A DNA stretch of 64,000 nucleotides from Calditrichia bacterium (GCA_963796965.1 CAWCNS010000005.1:1088001-1152000); one strand, 5' to 3'. Counted from the first letter of the stretch, positions 1 through 11,889 are shown. A program made the numbers and translations. The notes: a model not told the origin generated them from the sequence alone.

Positions 1-228
1 AATCAAACTCATTAAAATATTTGATTCTCTTGTGGACTCCCAAATATGGTTTTGTCTGCCCTTTCCTTCAGTCTGAAAATCAGCAAGAACAACAGTCCCC
101 TCTGGCGCACCTCCCTGAGCCAGACCTTGTGCATAAGAATTTGTCGAATCAATTTCAGGCAGATGATAAATATATTTACCAAATATGGATGTTTTTTGTT
201 GTTTTTTTATTCTAGCAATATCAATCAT
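1..228 (-). CDS. birA: biotin--[acetyl-CoA-carboxylase] ligase, 5' part (runs off window)
   Basis: Not in ORF track; manual translation from ATG at 228 gives ...IYHLPEIDSTNSYAQGLAQGGAPEGTVVLADFQTEGKGRQNHIWES..., matching the BirA STN and QTxGRGR motifs. Confidence 0.9.
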   Translation of the reverse strand, partial: MIDIARIKKQQKTSIFGKYIYHLPEIDSTNSYAQGLAQGGAPEGTVVLADFQTEGKGRQNHIWESTRESNILMSLI

Positions 229-522
229 GGCGAACGCCGGATAAGAATTATTGTCAATTTACTATTTTTTTCATAAAAAACAACGTTTTATGTACTATTC
301 AGCGAACTCAAATTCAATTCATCCGACAATCAAAAATATAGTTAAACGCAACATTCAATTTTTCTACCATAAGGACATCAAACCAGAAACAATTAACGAA
401 TTAAAATGAGGCCAAATGAATCTTTGGGTTTGCTATATATAGATTTAATAAACGTCATTCTTATTTCTTAGTTACGCAAGGTTTGGTAGTTTAAATACTA
501 TTCAGGATGATAACTATAGAAT

Positions 523-1965
523 CTATTCTTTCCAAAATGTAGGTGTTAAAAATATTATAACCGGATATATTTCCAATCTTCCCACGAGCATTAAAAAGGA
601 CAAAGCCCATTTACCTAACTGTGGAATATGTGCATAGTTATCCGTTGGCCCAACAGAGCCAAGCCCGGGACCTATATTTCCAATAGAGGCGGCAACCGCA
701 CCAAATGAACTTATAAAATCAATCCCAAGCAGCGTCATAAATAAGACACCGCCAATAAATATACCCAGATAAATTAAGAAAAAGCCAGCAATATTTCCAA
801 CAACTTCTCTGGGAATAGTTCTACCGCCTACACGGATTGGTAAAACTGCATTGGGGTGAATAAGTTTTTTAATCTCATTTAATGCAAACTTTACCATTAC
901 CATAGAGCGCATAATTTTCATACCCCCTCCTGTTGATCCGGCACAGCCACCCAAAAACATAAACAGAAATAAAATTACTTGTGAGTTACTGTTCCATAAT
1001 TCATAATCATCCGTTCCATATCCGGTAGTGGTGATAATTGAGGAGACCTGGAACAAACCCTTTTGAAGGCTTTTAAGGAAGGCATAATTTTGAGAGAAGT
1101 ATAAATCAGCCATAACGATTAACGTACCGCTTCCAATGATAAAAAAGAAAAACTTTGTCTCCGGATCATGCCAATAAGAAAAAAGCCGGCCGCGGAGGGC
1201 TTTGTAATGGAGTGAAAAATTTACGCCGGCAATAAGCATGAAGATGATAATAATATAATCAATTGTAGCATTCTGATAATGACCAATACTTGCATTTTTT
1301 GTTGAAAAGCCACCCGTGGCCATGGTACCAAAAGTATGACAGATTGAATCAAACAAGTCCATCCCAGCCAAATAGAGCAAAATCATTTGGACCGCTGTAA
1401 TAAGCATATATACTTCCCAGAGAAGTTTTGCAGTGTCTTTTATTCTTGGTTTTAATTTATCATGCTCGGGGCCGGGTACCTCAGCTTTATAGAGCTGCAT
1501 CCCCCCCACACCCAATAAGGGCAGGATCGCCAATGATAACAAAATAATACCCATGCCACCAATCCAATGGGTGAAGGATCGCCAGAACAGCAGACCATGA
1601 GGAAGCATTTCAACATCTGTGAGAATGCTTGCACCTGTTGTTGTAAATCCAGACATGGTCTCAAAAAAAGCATCCGCATAGGAAGGTATATAACCCGATA
1701 AATAGAACGGTAATGCTCCAAAAAAGGCGAACGCCAGCCAGGTAAATGAAACAAGAGCAAAACTCTCCCTTAAACGAAGATCATGCTGGGTTCTAAAGGA
1801 GAAAAACAGAAGTGTACCGGTCACACCAGTAATACCGGCAGAAATAAGTAGGGGATAGAGGTCATCTTCTGCGTAGATAAGAGAAACGATAAGAGGTAAC
1901 AACATGGTCAGACAAAGAAAAATCAGCAACACACCAATAATCGATAATATCGCGCGAATATTTAT
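523..1965 (-). CDS. trkH: Trk potassium uptake membrane protein
   Basis: Pore-loop motifs SGFTTTG, ATGGFS, TTTGYG, GNIGPG. ORF track starts at 1932, but the open frame extends upstream through NIRAILSIIG; start uncertain. Confidence 0.92.
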   Translation of the reverse strand: MNIRAILSIIGVLLIFLCLTMLLPLIVSLIYAEDDLYPLLISAGITGVTGTLLFFSFRTQHDLRLRESFALVSFTWLAFAFFGALPFYLSGYIPSYADAFFETMSGFTTTGASILTDVEMLPHGLLFWRSFTHWIGGMGIILLSLAILPLLGVGGMQLYKAEVPGPEHDKLKPRIKDTAKLLWEVYMLITAVQMILLYLAGMDLFDSICHTFGTMATGGFSTKNASIGHYQNATIDYIIIIFMLIAGVNFSLHYKALRGRLFSYWHDPETKFFFFIIGSGTLIVMADLYFSQNYAFLKSLQKGLFQVSSIITTTGYGTDDYELWNSNSQVILFLFMFLGGCAGSTGGGMKIMRSMVMVKFALNEIKKLIHPNAVLPIRVGGRTIPREVVGNIAGFFLIYLGIFIGGVLFMTLLGIDFISSFGAVAASIGNIGPGLGSVGPTDNYAHIPQLGKWALSFLMLVGRLEIYPVIIFLTPTFWKE

Positions 1966-2023
1966 ATTTGCTAATTTGATAGTGAAACCATCCTATGAAG
2001 ATATATTTTAATCGAAATAAGAT

Positions 2024-3364
2024 TTAATTAAACAGCTTTTCCAATTCTTTTATTGCCGTCGGCATGGCAAATACCACGACTTTGTCTCCATTTTCAAGTT
2101 GGGAGCTGCCCACTGGTATAAAGAACTCATCTTTCCGCACGACAGCACCAAGTAAGGCTCCTTTGGGAAATTGAATATCTTTTAATTGCTTTCTCGTAAT
2201 TCTGGCATTCTCAGCAATCACATATTCCAGAACCTCAGCAGATACGCCTGGGATAGAAGCGACGCTTAGTATTGATCCACGGCGGATAAATTTGAGAATT
2301 TGATCAACCGTTACTATTTGTTTTGAGACATAGGCATCAATACCAATTGTTGGAATAATTGGTGAGTAAGCAGTTTTGTTGATTAAGGCAATAATTCGTG
2401 GTACCTGGAGATGTTTGGCGACCAGGCAGGAGATGATATTGGTTTCGTCATCACCTGTAACAGAGATAAAAGCATCCATATCAATGATACCCTCCAATGC
2501 GAGCAGGTTGATATCTCTTCCATCTCCTTTTATCACTAAGGATTTATTAAGACGATCAGCCAAAACCTCTGTTTTATCGGCATCGGACTCAATCACTTTT
2601 ACATTGATATGATCTTCTAAATGTGAGGCAATTTCGATTCCCGTCTGCCCACCACCAAGGATCATGACATTTTCCATTTTGACGTTTTCTCTGCCGGCCA
2701 TTTTCAGAACATCGGGGACATTCTCACGCTGCGTCATCACATATACCCGATCATTATTCATAAACACATCTGCACCACGTGGAATTATTGTACGATCTCT
2801 TCTTTGAATTGCCACCGTACGAAACGTGGTTTGCTCCAATAGCCCTGCGACTTCAGCCAAGGATTTCCCCAAAACTTCACAGTTTTTATCCAATTGAACA
2901 CCGATGAGGAGGATCTTCCCATCTGCAAATTCGAGGATATCGGTCGCAGCCGATAATTTTAGCAAATTAACAACCGCTTTTGCGACTTCCGATTCGGGAT
3001 GAATGATCAGATCTATTCCCAGGAATTTTGCATTGAGTGCGCAATCATCTCTGGTGAACTCACGATTTTTAACCCGGGCAATTTTTGTCTTTACATTATA
3101 TTTTCCTGCAATCAAACAGGCGAGGAGATTCACTTCATCATTATTGCTAACGGCGACAACCATATCAGCTTTTTCAACACCGGCTTTACGTAACGCCTCC
3201 GGGCTGCTTCCCGTACCTTCAAAAACCTGTACATCCAAATTTTCTCTCGCGCGTTTGACACGGTCCATATTAGGCTCAATGATAACAATGTCATGCCTCT
3301 CATAAGAGAGTAATTTAGCAAGATTATAACCGACTTCTCCTGCGCCGAGAATTATAATATACAA
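2024..3364 (-). CDS. trkA: Trk potassium uptake NAD-binding regulatory subunit
   Basis: Two RCK_N/RCK_C pairs (GAGEVG, GGGQTG), 446 aa, adjacent to trkH. Confidence 0.95.
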   Translation of the reverse strand: MYIIILGAGEVGYNLAKLLSYERHDIVIIEPNMDRVKRARENLDVQVFEGTGSSPEALRKAGVEKADMVVAVSNNDEVNLLACLIAGKYNVKTKIARVKNREFTRDDCALNAKFLGIDLIIHPESEVAKAVVNLLKLSAATDILEFADGKILLIGVQLDKNCEVLGKSLAEVAGLLEQTTFRTVAIQRRDRTIIPRGADVFMNNDRVYVMTQRENVPDVLKMAGRENVKMENVMILGGGQTGIEIASHLEDHINVKVIESDADKTEVLADRLNKSLVIKGDGRDINLLALEGIIDMDAFISVTGDDETNIISCLVAKHLQVPRIIALINKTAYSPIIPTIGIDAYVSKQIVTVDQILKFIRRGSILSVASIPGVSAEVLEYVIAENARITRKQLKDIQFPKGALLGAVVRKDEFFIPVGSSQLENGDKVVVFAMPTAIKELEKLFN

Positions 3365-3372
3365 GAGAATTC

Positions 3373-4404
3373 CTATTTATAAATATGGGTTAGGGTGTCC
3401 ACACAAAATTCGATATCATCGCTAGTAATATTCAAATGTGTAACAAATCTTATTTTATGGGGGCCAAAAGGGACGGCAAGTATTCCACTCTTCTTCATAT
3501 GATTAACGATCTCAAGAGCAGAGGTTCTCTCAAGAATTGTATCAGCGATAACTATATTTGTTTCAACTAGTTTTGTATTGACATCAAAGGTATCAATTTG
3601 ATTAAGACCCTCTGCGAGGAGCTTGGCATTGTGATGATCATCTGCCAACCTCTCAAAATGATTTTCAACAGCAAAGATGCATGCGGCGGCCAGAATACCG
3701 ACCTGTCGCATACCACCGCCAAGGGCTTTGCGATAATAATGTGCCCGCTCAATAAATTTTTCGGAACCGGCAACAATAGAACCAACAGGAGCTCCCAATC
3801 CCTTGGAGAAACACAAAGAAACCGAGTCAAAATGCCGGGCATAATCTTTTAAATTAATCCCTGTTTCAATTGCGGCATTCCATAACCTTGCTCCATCGAG
3901 ATGAAGTCTCAGGTTATTTTTTCTGGCAAATTTTCGTATTTCCTGAATCCGGTCAATTGGGAAGATCGTTCCCCCACCCCGGTTATGTGTATTTTCGAGG
4001 CAGATTAATTGCGAATGGGGGTAATGATCGTCAGGGGGACGAACGGCTGATGCAATTTGATCAACAGTAGGATGACCATTTTCGCCGGTGATAGGGTGAA
4101 GCTGAACACCAGACAACATAGCCGGTGCACCAGATTCATAATTAAAAATATGAGCATTATAATCACAAATAACTTCATCACCAGGTTGTGTATGTGCATT
4201 GATGCAAATTTGGTTCGCCTGTGTACCACTTGGTACAAATAAAGAGGCCTCTTTACCCAGCATTTCTGCAATCATATCCTGGAGATCGTTTACTGTTGGA
4301 TCTTCAGCATAAACATCATCGCCCACTGATGCCTGGGACATGAATTCACGCATATCTGGTGTAGGAACTGTAACTGTATCACTTCTCAGGTCTATTGTAC
4401 GCAT
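3373..4404 (-). CDS. ltaE: low-specificity L-threonine aldolase
   Basis: IDLRSDTVT, HLDGARLWNA, CFSKGLGAPVGS PLP-lysine motif. Confidence 0.93.
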   Translation of the reverse strand: MRTIDLRSDTVTVPTPDMREFMSQASVGDDVYAEDPTVNDLQDMIAEMLGKEASLFVPSGTQANQICINAHTQPGDEVICDYNAHIFNYESGAPAMLSGVQLHPITGENGHPTVDQIASAVRPPDDHYPHSQLICLENTHNRGGGTIFPIDRIQEIRKFARKNNLRLHLDGARLWNAAIETGINLKDYARHFDSVSLCFSKGLGAPVGSIVAGSEKFIERAHYYRKALGGGMRQVGILAAACIFAVENHFERLADDHHNAKLLAEGLNQIDTFDVNTKLVETNIVIADTILERTSALEIVNHMKKSGILAVPFGPHKIRFVTHLNITSDDIEFCVDTLTHIYK

Positions 4405-4585
4405 TTATATTGATACCTCTCATATATATACACGATTAAATTAATCAAAATAATAACTTAGCGCAAGAAAACAGTAACCAGGAAATATTTATATCTAGAT
4501 TCCCATCATCTGACTAAAAGGTTCATAAATTGCTTTGCTTTGCGGGATAACCTATATTTAAAAAATTAAATTTATTGCACCTCTT

Positions 4586-6083
4586 ATGTTTAAAAAAATC
4601 CTAATTGCAAACCGGGGTGAAATTGCCCTACGTATCGCCAGAACCTGCCACGAGATGGGTATAAAGACCGTTGCTGTCTTCTCCGACCCTGATATCAAAT
4701 CACCATTTGTTCATTTTTGTGATGAAGCTTTTCCGCTTCACGGCATCAAGTCATTAGATACTTACCTGAACATCGACAAACTTATTGAGATCTGTAAAAA
4801 ATCCAAAGTTGATGCCATACATCCCGGATATGGTTTTCTTGCCGAGAATGCCGACTTCGCTGAAAGAGTTAAAAAAGAGGGATTGGTTTTTATTGGTCCA
4901 ACCTCCCAGGCCATAGAGTTGATGGGGAATAAGACGGCAGCACGGACTAAAATGATCGAGGCGGGTGTAGCGGTTGTGCCAGGTACAGAAACAGCAATCA
5001 AATCAATAAAAGAGGCCTTATCTAAAGCAGAGGAAGCCGGTTATCCGGTGTTGGTAAAAGCTGCCGCCGGTGGGGGCGGAAAAGGTATGCGTCTGGTAGA
5101 ATCTTCCGAAGATCTTCCTGCTGCCATTGAAGCTGCTGGGAGAGAAGCTTCTGCAGCTTTTGGTAATGGAGATGTTTATCTTGAGAAGTACGTGGATGAA
5201 CCCCGCCATATTGAATTTCAGATACTTGCAGATTCCCATGGCAAGTGTATCCACCTGGGAGAACGGGAATGCTCTATCCAACGACGACATCAGAAGGTTA
5301 TCGAAGAAGCACCTTCAATCTTGCTGGATATAGAATTACGAACAAAAATGGGAGCAGCAGCTATTAAAGCAGCTGAAAGCATGTAACTACCAAAATGCAG
5401 GAACTATTGAATTTTTGGTAGATAAAAACCGCGATTTTTATTTTCTTGAGATGAATACCCGTTTGCAGGTTGAGCATCCTGTTACAGAAATGGTGACCGG
5501 CCTGGATATTGTAAAAGAACAAATACAAATCGCAGCCGGACATAAAATGAGTCTTGACAAGAGTGTTGACTGCTTTTGGGGACATGCCATAGAATGCCGG
5601 ATCTATGCTGAAAATCCGCTGAATAATTTTGCACCTTCACCGGGTCTTATTCAGCATATTGCCCCCCCCGGAGGGCCGGGAATCCGCGAAGATAGTGGCG
5701 TAACAAACGGGAATGAAATATCTCTTTACTATGATCCGATGATCTCAAAATTAATTGCCTGGGCACCCACAAGAACAGAAGCAATTCACCGAATGGTAAG
5801 AGCATTAAGAGAGTATGAATTACAGGGTATTCATAGCACGATCCCCTTCCTGATAAATGTGCTAAAACACAAGCGTTTTATTTCAGGAAATTTTACTACG
5901 AATTTTATCGCTGAGGAACCTTCCCTCTTCGATCTAAATAAAGATCGTGGTAAAATTGCTGCCATCGCTGCTGCTGTTTTTCACTTAAAGGAAAAAGGGA
6001 AAAAGAAATTCCAGAATACAAAAACTGGGAATGAATCCAATTGGAAAAATTTAAAAAGAAAGAAAATTCTGGCAGACAAATGA
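4586..6083 (+). CDS. accC: biotin carboxylase subunit of acetyl/propionyl-CoA carboxylase (one frameshift near 5380)
   Basis: ANRGEIA, HPGYGFLAEN, GGGGKGMR, RECSIQRRHQK in 4586-5386; FLEMNTRLQVEHPVTE and YDPMISKLI in 5415-6083; NYQNAGTIEFL bridges the shift. Confidence 0.9.
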
Positions 6084-6583
6084 AGATTTTTGCCGATATA
6101 GGCGACCTGGCCTGGACATTTAAACAATCTGAAAGTAAAGATACATCCCTGCGCGATGAAAAGGACAATCGAATCGCGTATTCCTTTACGCCATTGGGAA
6201 ATAACCGCTTTACTTTTATTCTGGATGGGACATCGCATTTGATCCATATTATAAAAGAGAATGGTATATACCATGTACACCTGGAGGGTGAATATTTTCC
6301 GGTAAATGTTGAAGATGAAAGATTCCGTGAACTTAAAAAATTAGTTGAATTATCAGCAGAGGGTCAGGGTGAGGAATGCATTCTCGCTCCAATCCCTGGT
6401 CTTATTGCAAAAATACTCATAAATGAAGGCGATGATGTCAAAAAAGGTGACGGATTAATTATCCTTGAAGCAATGAAAATGGAAAACGAGATAAAGGCTG
6501 ATAATGATGGTGTTATACAAAAAATATTGATTCATGAAGGTGATTCTGTGGAGAAGGACCAGGACCTTTTGATAATTGGATGA
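6080..6583 (+). CDS. biotin carboxyl carrier protein
   Basis: EAMKMENE biotinylation motif; ATG at 6080 overlaps the accC stop (ATGA). Confidence 0.9.
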   Translation: MKIFADIGDLAWTFKQSESKDTSLRDEKDNRIAYSFTPLGNNRFTFILDGTSHLIHIIKENGIYHVHLEGEYFPVNVEDERFRELKKLVELSAEGQGEECILAPIPGLIAKILINEGDDVKKGDGLIILEAMKMENEIKADNDGVIQKILIHEGDSVEKDQDLLIIG

Positions 6584-6823
6584 GATAAATTCAATTACCT
6601 GACAGTCTGATTGAACATTTATCAGCTAACTTGATCCATTTAAAAATAGCTCTCGTAAAAGCAGTAAGACCCAATAATTTGTTATATATCTTAAAGATGG
6701 ACTACAACTAAAAAGGGTTAGTTTCAATATTATCATTTCTATATTTGTCTGTGTGAATCCATGGTTAATAGTATTTTTAATATAAGATTTTGATTTCATC
6801 TTTAATGTGGAAAGGATATCAAT

Positions 6824-8429
6824 ATAAAAAAGCAAAAATACAATACTGAAGACCAGGAGAAAAAGTTTAAGACGGATTCTGATATTCCAATCAATTCTGT
6901 CTACTATCCCAATCATAATTTTGATTATGACGATTCCCTCGGCAAGCCTGGAGACTATCCTTTTACACGCGGAATCTATCCTTCAATGTATAGAAACCGC
7001 CTCTGGACCATGCGCCAATATGCCGGATTTGGTGCTGCGGAAGACACAAACAGACGATTCAAATATTTAATCAAAAGAGGAAGCACCGGATTGTCTGTGG
7101 CCTTTGATTTACCAACCCAAATGGGTTACGACTCGGATCATCCCCTTGCCTCAGGAGAGGTTGGAAGAGTAGGAGTCCCTGTCTCGTCTCTTGAGGATAT
7201 GGAGATCCTGTTTAAAGATATCCCGCTGGAAAATATCAGCAGTTCTATGACGATTAATTCAACGGCATCTATTCTATTGGCCTTTTATATTGTTCTGGCA
7301 AAAAAGCATGGATATGATTTAAAAAATCTTTCGGGAACGATACAGAACGATTTGTTAAAAGAGTATATCGCGCGCGGTACTTATATTTACCCCCCCGATG
7401 CATCCATGCGTATTATTACTGACATTTTTAAATACTGTCATGAATACCTGCCAAAATGGAATACCATAAGTATTTCCGGGTATCACATTCGCGAGGCCGG
7501 ATCTGATGCCGTCCAGGAATTGGCCTTCACCCTGGCCAATGGAAAAGCCTATGTCCAGGCCGCCAAAAAAGCAGGACTTGATGTGGACGATTTCGCCTCA
7601 CGATTATCCTTTTTCTTTAACGCACACAATAATCTATTTGAAGAAGTGGCGAAATTCAGAGCAGCCAGAAGAATGTGGGCAAAAATTATGCGGGATCATT
7701 TTCATGCCAAATATAAAAAATCTATGCTTTTGCGCTTTCATACCCAGACCGGAGGCAGCACGCTTACTGCACATCAACCAGAAAATAACATTGTTCGTGT
7801 AACCATCCAGGCCCTTGCCGCAATACTTGGCGGAACCCAGTCTTTGCACACAAATTCTTTTGATGAAGCCCTAGCACTCTACCTACCGAAGAATCCGTAA
7901 AAACAGCCCTACGCACCCAACAAATCATTGCAAATGAAAGTGGGATCACAAACAGCGGCGACCCTCTCGGTGGATCTTTTTTCCTCGAATCTCTTACCGA
8001 TGAGATAGAAAAAAGAGCTTTGACTACATAAAAACCATCGATGGTTTGGGTGGCTCGGTGGAAGCCATAAAAAAGGGTTTTTTTCAGGATGAGATATCAA
8101 AGAAGGCCTATACCTATCAAAAGGAAATAGAAGAGGGAGACAAAGTCGTTGTCGGTGTCAACAAATTTACAGAGGGAGAAGAAAAGATACCGAAAATTTT
8201 AAAAATTGATCAGAAAATGATCGACCGGCAAACAAAACGCATCAAGAAATACAAACAAATTCGAAATGCAGAGAATGTCTCTTCTGCCCGCCAAAAATTA
8301 GTATCTGCAGCAAAAGGCAACGAGAATCTGATGCCTTTTATCATCAATTGTGTCGAAGAAAATGTAACTTTGGGAGAAATTGCCGACAGTCTTCGCTCTG
8401 TCTTTGGGAGTTATCAGGAGAACAGTTAA
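6824..8429 (+). CDS. methylmalonyl-CoA mutase family, large (substrate-binding) subunit; frameshifts near 7880 and 8030
   Basis: [64 protein letters not shown]-terminal [14 protein letters not shown]; no B12-binding domain; start uncertain. Confidence 0.9.
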
Positions 8430-8466
8430 AAATTTAATAGTGAACATTGAATATTGAATATTAATT

Positions 8467-8670
8467 TTATCTGACTTTCCCATACCAACTTTTTAATTTT
8501 TCATACCATTCTGGGTTCAGATAGAAAACACCAATAGCAAGCAAGGCAAAGCCTGGTATTACTGGTAGTACAAATCCCAGAATTCCCAATAGAATGAATC
8601 CCACAGCCATTTTCTTTTTATTTTTAGAAAATTTTAGTATATCTTCCCATAAAGGGTTTGATTGGTTCAT
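8467..8670 (-). CDS. small hypothetical membrane protein (two hydrophobic segments)
   Basis: 67 aa, GILGFVLPVIPGFALL hairpin motif resembling PGPGW/DUF454-type small membrane proteins. Confidence 0.6.
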   Translation of the reverse strand: MNQSNPLWEDILKFSKNKKKMAVGFILLGILGFVLPVIPGFALLAIGVFYLNPEWYEKLKSWYGKVR

Positions 8671-8792
8671 TTAACGCACACAAGTATATATTTGTAGTTT
8701 AAAATTTTGGGTTAATTGATAATGATGAAAAAATAGGCATCGTCCCACTTTTCTCAGATTTTTACAAATAAGGCTCTCAAATCAATATTTAT

Positions 8793-9638
8793 TCAACTAT
8801 TTAGTAATAATGTAAAATCAAAGGCTGGAGCCGAATGGGTTAATACTCCTATAGATATAAAATCAACGCCTGTTTCAGCAATTGCTCGAATAGTATCCCT
8901 TGTAACACCTCCGGATGCTTCAATTTCCATACCACCATCAATAATTCCCACAGCTTCCTTCATCATCTCAAGTGACATATTGTCCAACATAATCCGGTCG
9001 ACGTTTTTTTCAACAGCTTCACGCACTTCATCCAATGTTGTTGTTTCTACCTCTATTTTTAAATCAAGACGTGATTGGCGAAGATACGCCCTCGCCTTCT
9101 CTACTGCCTGACTAATTCCACCGGCTGCTTCAACATGGTTCTCCTTGATTAATATCATATCGTAAAGTCCCATTCGATGATTCACACCACCTCCTGCTTT
9201 CACAGCCTGTTTTTCCAATAATCGCCAACCTGGTGTTGTTTTTCTTGTATCTGTGATCTGTACGTTCAGGTCTTTCACCAAGTCCACGAATTGAGATGTG
9301 AGTGTGGCAATTCCTGAAAGATGGCCTAAAAAATTTAATGCTGTTCTTTCTGCGCTAAGAATAGATTGTATTTTACCTTCGACAATCATTACAGTATCAC
9401 CAGCAACAAGCCGAGCCCCTTCAGTTTTTAATTTGTGGTTGGACAAATTTTTGTCCTGCAGAGTAAATACCTCGCCTGCTGTTTTCATGCCAGATAGAAC
9501 ACCATTCTGCTTCGCTATTATTTTCGCCTCTCCATTTTTATCCGGATCTATTGTTGCTCTGCTGGTAATATCTCCAATTCCCAAATCCTCAGACAGGCTA
9601 TCTCTCAATTGATTTTCTATATTCTTATGGTCTGACAT
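8793..9638 (-). CDS. nadC: nicotinate-nucleotide diphosphorylase (carboxylating)
   Basis: ERTALNFL, DTRKTTPG, NHRMGLYD, IMLDNM, EASGG motifs. Confidence 0.96.
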   Translation of the reverse strand: MSDHKNIENQLRDSLSEDLGIGDITSRATIDPDKNGEAKIIAKQNGVLSGMKTAGEVFTLQDKNLSNHKLKTEGARLVAGDTVMIVEGKIQSILSAERTALNFLGHLSGIATLTSQFVDLVKDLNVQITDTRKTTPGWRLLEKQAVKAGGGVNHRMGLYDMILIKENHVEAAGGISQAVEKARAYLRQSRLDLKIEVETTTLDEVREAVEKNVDRIMLDNMSLEMMKEAVGIIDGGMEIEASGGVTRDTIRAIAETGVDFISIGVLTHSAPAFDFTLLLNS

Positions 9639-9821
9639 ATTGCAATTTAACTCTTTTTTTTTATATATTTAGTTTATCCAGCATTAACTGAAAACATTCT
9701 CAATGTCCATAGATTAACTTTGACTCTAATTTAAAAAATAGTACAGCAAAATAATAGACTAATCTATTATATAAACTCAGCGGGATTATAACACAACAAA
9801 CAGTTTGTTCACAGGTATTGC

Positions 9822-11888
9822 ATGAATGCGAAAATAAAAAATAAAGAAATTAGCTGGTTGTCTTTTAATGAGCGCGTATTGCAGGAGGCAGATAGCAGAG
9901 ATGTACCCCTAATCGAAAGAATAAAGTTTTTAGGGATTTGCTCCTCAAACCTGGATGAATTTTACCGGGTCCGTGTAGCCACTTTAAATCGTCTTACTTA
10001 TATTGGAAAAAAAGCAAAAAAAGTTGTCGGAGAAGATCCAAATAAAATACTCAAGGAAATCACAAAAATTGCCTTGCACCAGCATGATGAATTCGATCGC
10101 ATATTTAAAAATCTCACCAACGCCCTGGCCAGACAAAAAATATTTATCATTACAGAAAAAGAACTCACAATAGAACAAGGTGAATTTGTGTCGTCTTATT
10201 TTCATAATGAGGTGAGACCCAAATTAATTCCTATTATGATCGACCAGGTTAAAGATTCTCTGGAATTAAGGGACAGAACTGTCTATCTGGCCGTATGTCT
10301 GCATAAAAAAGAATTGCCCGATGACAAACAGTATGCTTTGATTGAAATCCCTTCCGATGTGCTCCCCCGCTTTCTCATCCTGCCTTCAATTCAGGGCAAA
10401 AAATACCTGATGCTTTTAGATGATGTTATTCGGCATAATTTAGCGGATATATTTTCCATTTTTTCATATGAAGAGTTCCATGCTTATACAATAAAAATTA
10501 CCCGTGATGCTGAACTTGATATCGATGCTGATATCTCCGAAAGTTATATCGAAAAGATGAACAAAAGTTTAAAGCAACGCAAAGCAGGGATTCCCGTGCG
10601 TTTTATCCACGATTCAAATCTCCCAGAAGATTTATTAAATATTCTGAAGGTTAAACTAAATCTAAGTAAAAATGATACGGTAATCGCTGGTTCAAAATAT
10701 CATAACAACCGTGATTTAATGAATTTTCCTTCAATCGGGAGAAGCATACTCAGATATTCAAAGATTAAACGTCTTGAGCATAAAGACATTGATTCCAACA
10801 AGAGTTTACTCAAAAGCATGCGCAAAAAAGATATCCTCCTGCACTATCCCTACCATTCTTTTGACTATGTAATTGATCTTTTAAGAGAGGCATCGATAGA
10901 TCCAAAAGTTACGTCTATTCAAATGACTATTTACCGGGCTGCAAAAAATTCCAGTGTTCTCAATGCCCTTATAAATGCCAAAAAAAATGGAAAATCGGTA
11001 ACAGTTGTTTTGGAATTACAGGCCCGTTTTGATGAAGAAGCAAATATTTATTGGGCTAACAGACTTGAAGAGGAAGGGGTAAAGGTCATTTTTGGGGTGC
11101 CTGGTCTGAAGGTTCATTCAAAATTGTGTCTGATCACCCGAACAGAAAAGGACCGGCCCGCACACTATGCTATTATTGGTACCGGAAATTTTAATGAAGA
11201 TACAGCGAGAATTTATACCGACCATGCCCTTTTTACTGCGAATCGGGCTTTAACAAAAGAAGTTGAAAAGATTTTTGAATTTTTTGGCAAAACTTATCAG
11301 AATCCATCGTTTAAACATCTGATTGTTTCACCCAATTTTATGCGTAAGCGTATGAATTCACTTATTAATAAAGAGATTAAAAATGCCACTACAGGGAAAG
11401 AGGCATACATCATTCTAAAAATGAATAATCTGACTGATCTCGCCTTGATTACAAAATTATATGAAGCCAGTGAAGCGGGAGTGAAAGTAAAATTGATCAT
11501 AAGGGGCATGTTTTCATTGATTCCTGGGATAGAGAATATGAGCAGTAATATAGAAGCCATAAGTATTGTAGATAAATTTCTCGAACATACACGAATTTTT
11601 GTTTTTTGCAATGGGGGTGACGAGAAATATTTCATATCATCTGCAGATTGGATGCCCAGAAATATCGATCGAAGAATTGAAGTGACCTGCCCTGTCTATA
11701 GCGAGGAGTTAAAGGAAGAACTGAAAAAATACCTGGAGATACAGTGGAATGATAATGTTCGTGTTAGGATTTTAGATGAGGATCTTCAGAATAAGTTTAA
11801 AAAAGGTGAAAAGGGCAAGAAAAGTAGAACCCAGTGGAGTATCTACGATTATCTAAAAAGATATCACGCCACCAAGGATCCGGAATAA
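9822..11888 (+). CDS. ppk1: polyphosphate kinase 1
   Basis: EISWLSFNERVL, SSNLDEFYRVRVA, ELQARFDEEANI, LKVHSK, SSADWMPRN. Confidence 0.97.
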   Translation: MNAKIKNKEISWLSFNERVLQEADSRDVPLIERIKFLGICSSNLDEFYRVRVATLNRLTYIGKKAKKVVGEDPNKILKEITKIALHQHDEFDRIFKNLTNALARQKIFIITEKELTIEQGEFVSSYFHNEVRPKLIPIMIDQVKDSLELRDRTVYLAVCLHKKELPDDKQYALIEIPSDVLPRFLILPSIQGKKYLMLLDDVIRHNLADIFSIFSYEEFHAYTIKITRDAELDIDADISESYIEKMNKSLKQRKAGIPVRFIHDSNLPEDLLNILKVKLNLSKNDTVIAGSKYHNNRDLMNFPSIGRSILRYSKIKRLEHKDIDSNKSLLKSMRKKDILLHYPYHSFDYVIDLLREASIDPKVTSIQMTIYRAAKNSSVLNALINAKKNGKSVTVVLELQARFDEEANIYWANRLEEEGVKVIFGVPGLKVHSKLCLITRTEKDRPAHYAIIGTGNFNEDTARIYTDHALFTANRALTKEVEKIFEFFGKTYQNPSFKHLIVSPNFMRKRMNSLINKEIKNATTGKEAYIILKMNNLTDLALITKLYEASEAGVKVKLIIRGMFSLIPGIENMSSNIEAISIVDKFLEHTRIFVFCNGGDEKYFISSADWMPRNIDRRIEVTCPVYSEELKEELKKYLEIQWNDNVRVRILDEDLQNKFKKGEKGKKSRTQWSIYDYLKRYHATKDPE

Positions 11889-11889
11889 A

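Noticed and set aside
21..276. Plus-strand ORFs 21-215 and 46-276 and other short antisense/overlapping ORFs in the track
   Set aside because: Shadows of real genes on the opposite strand or frame (here birA), with no recognisable motifs
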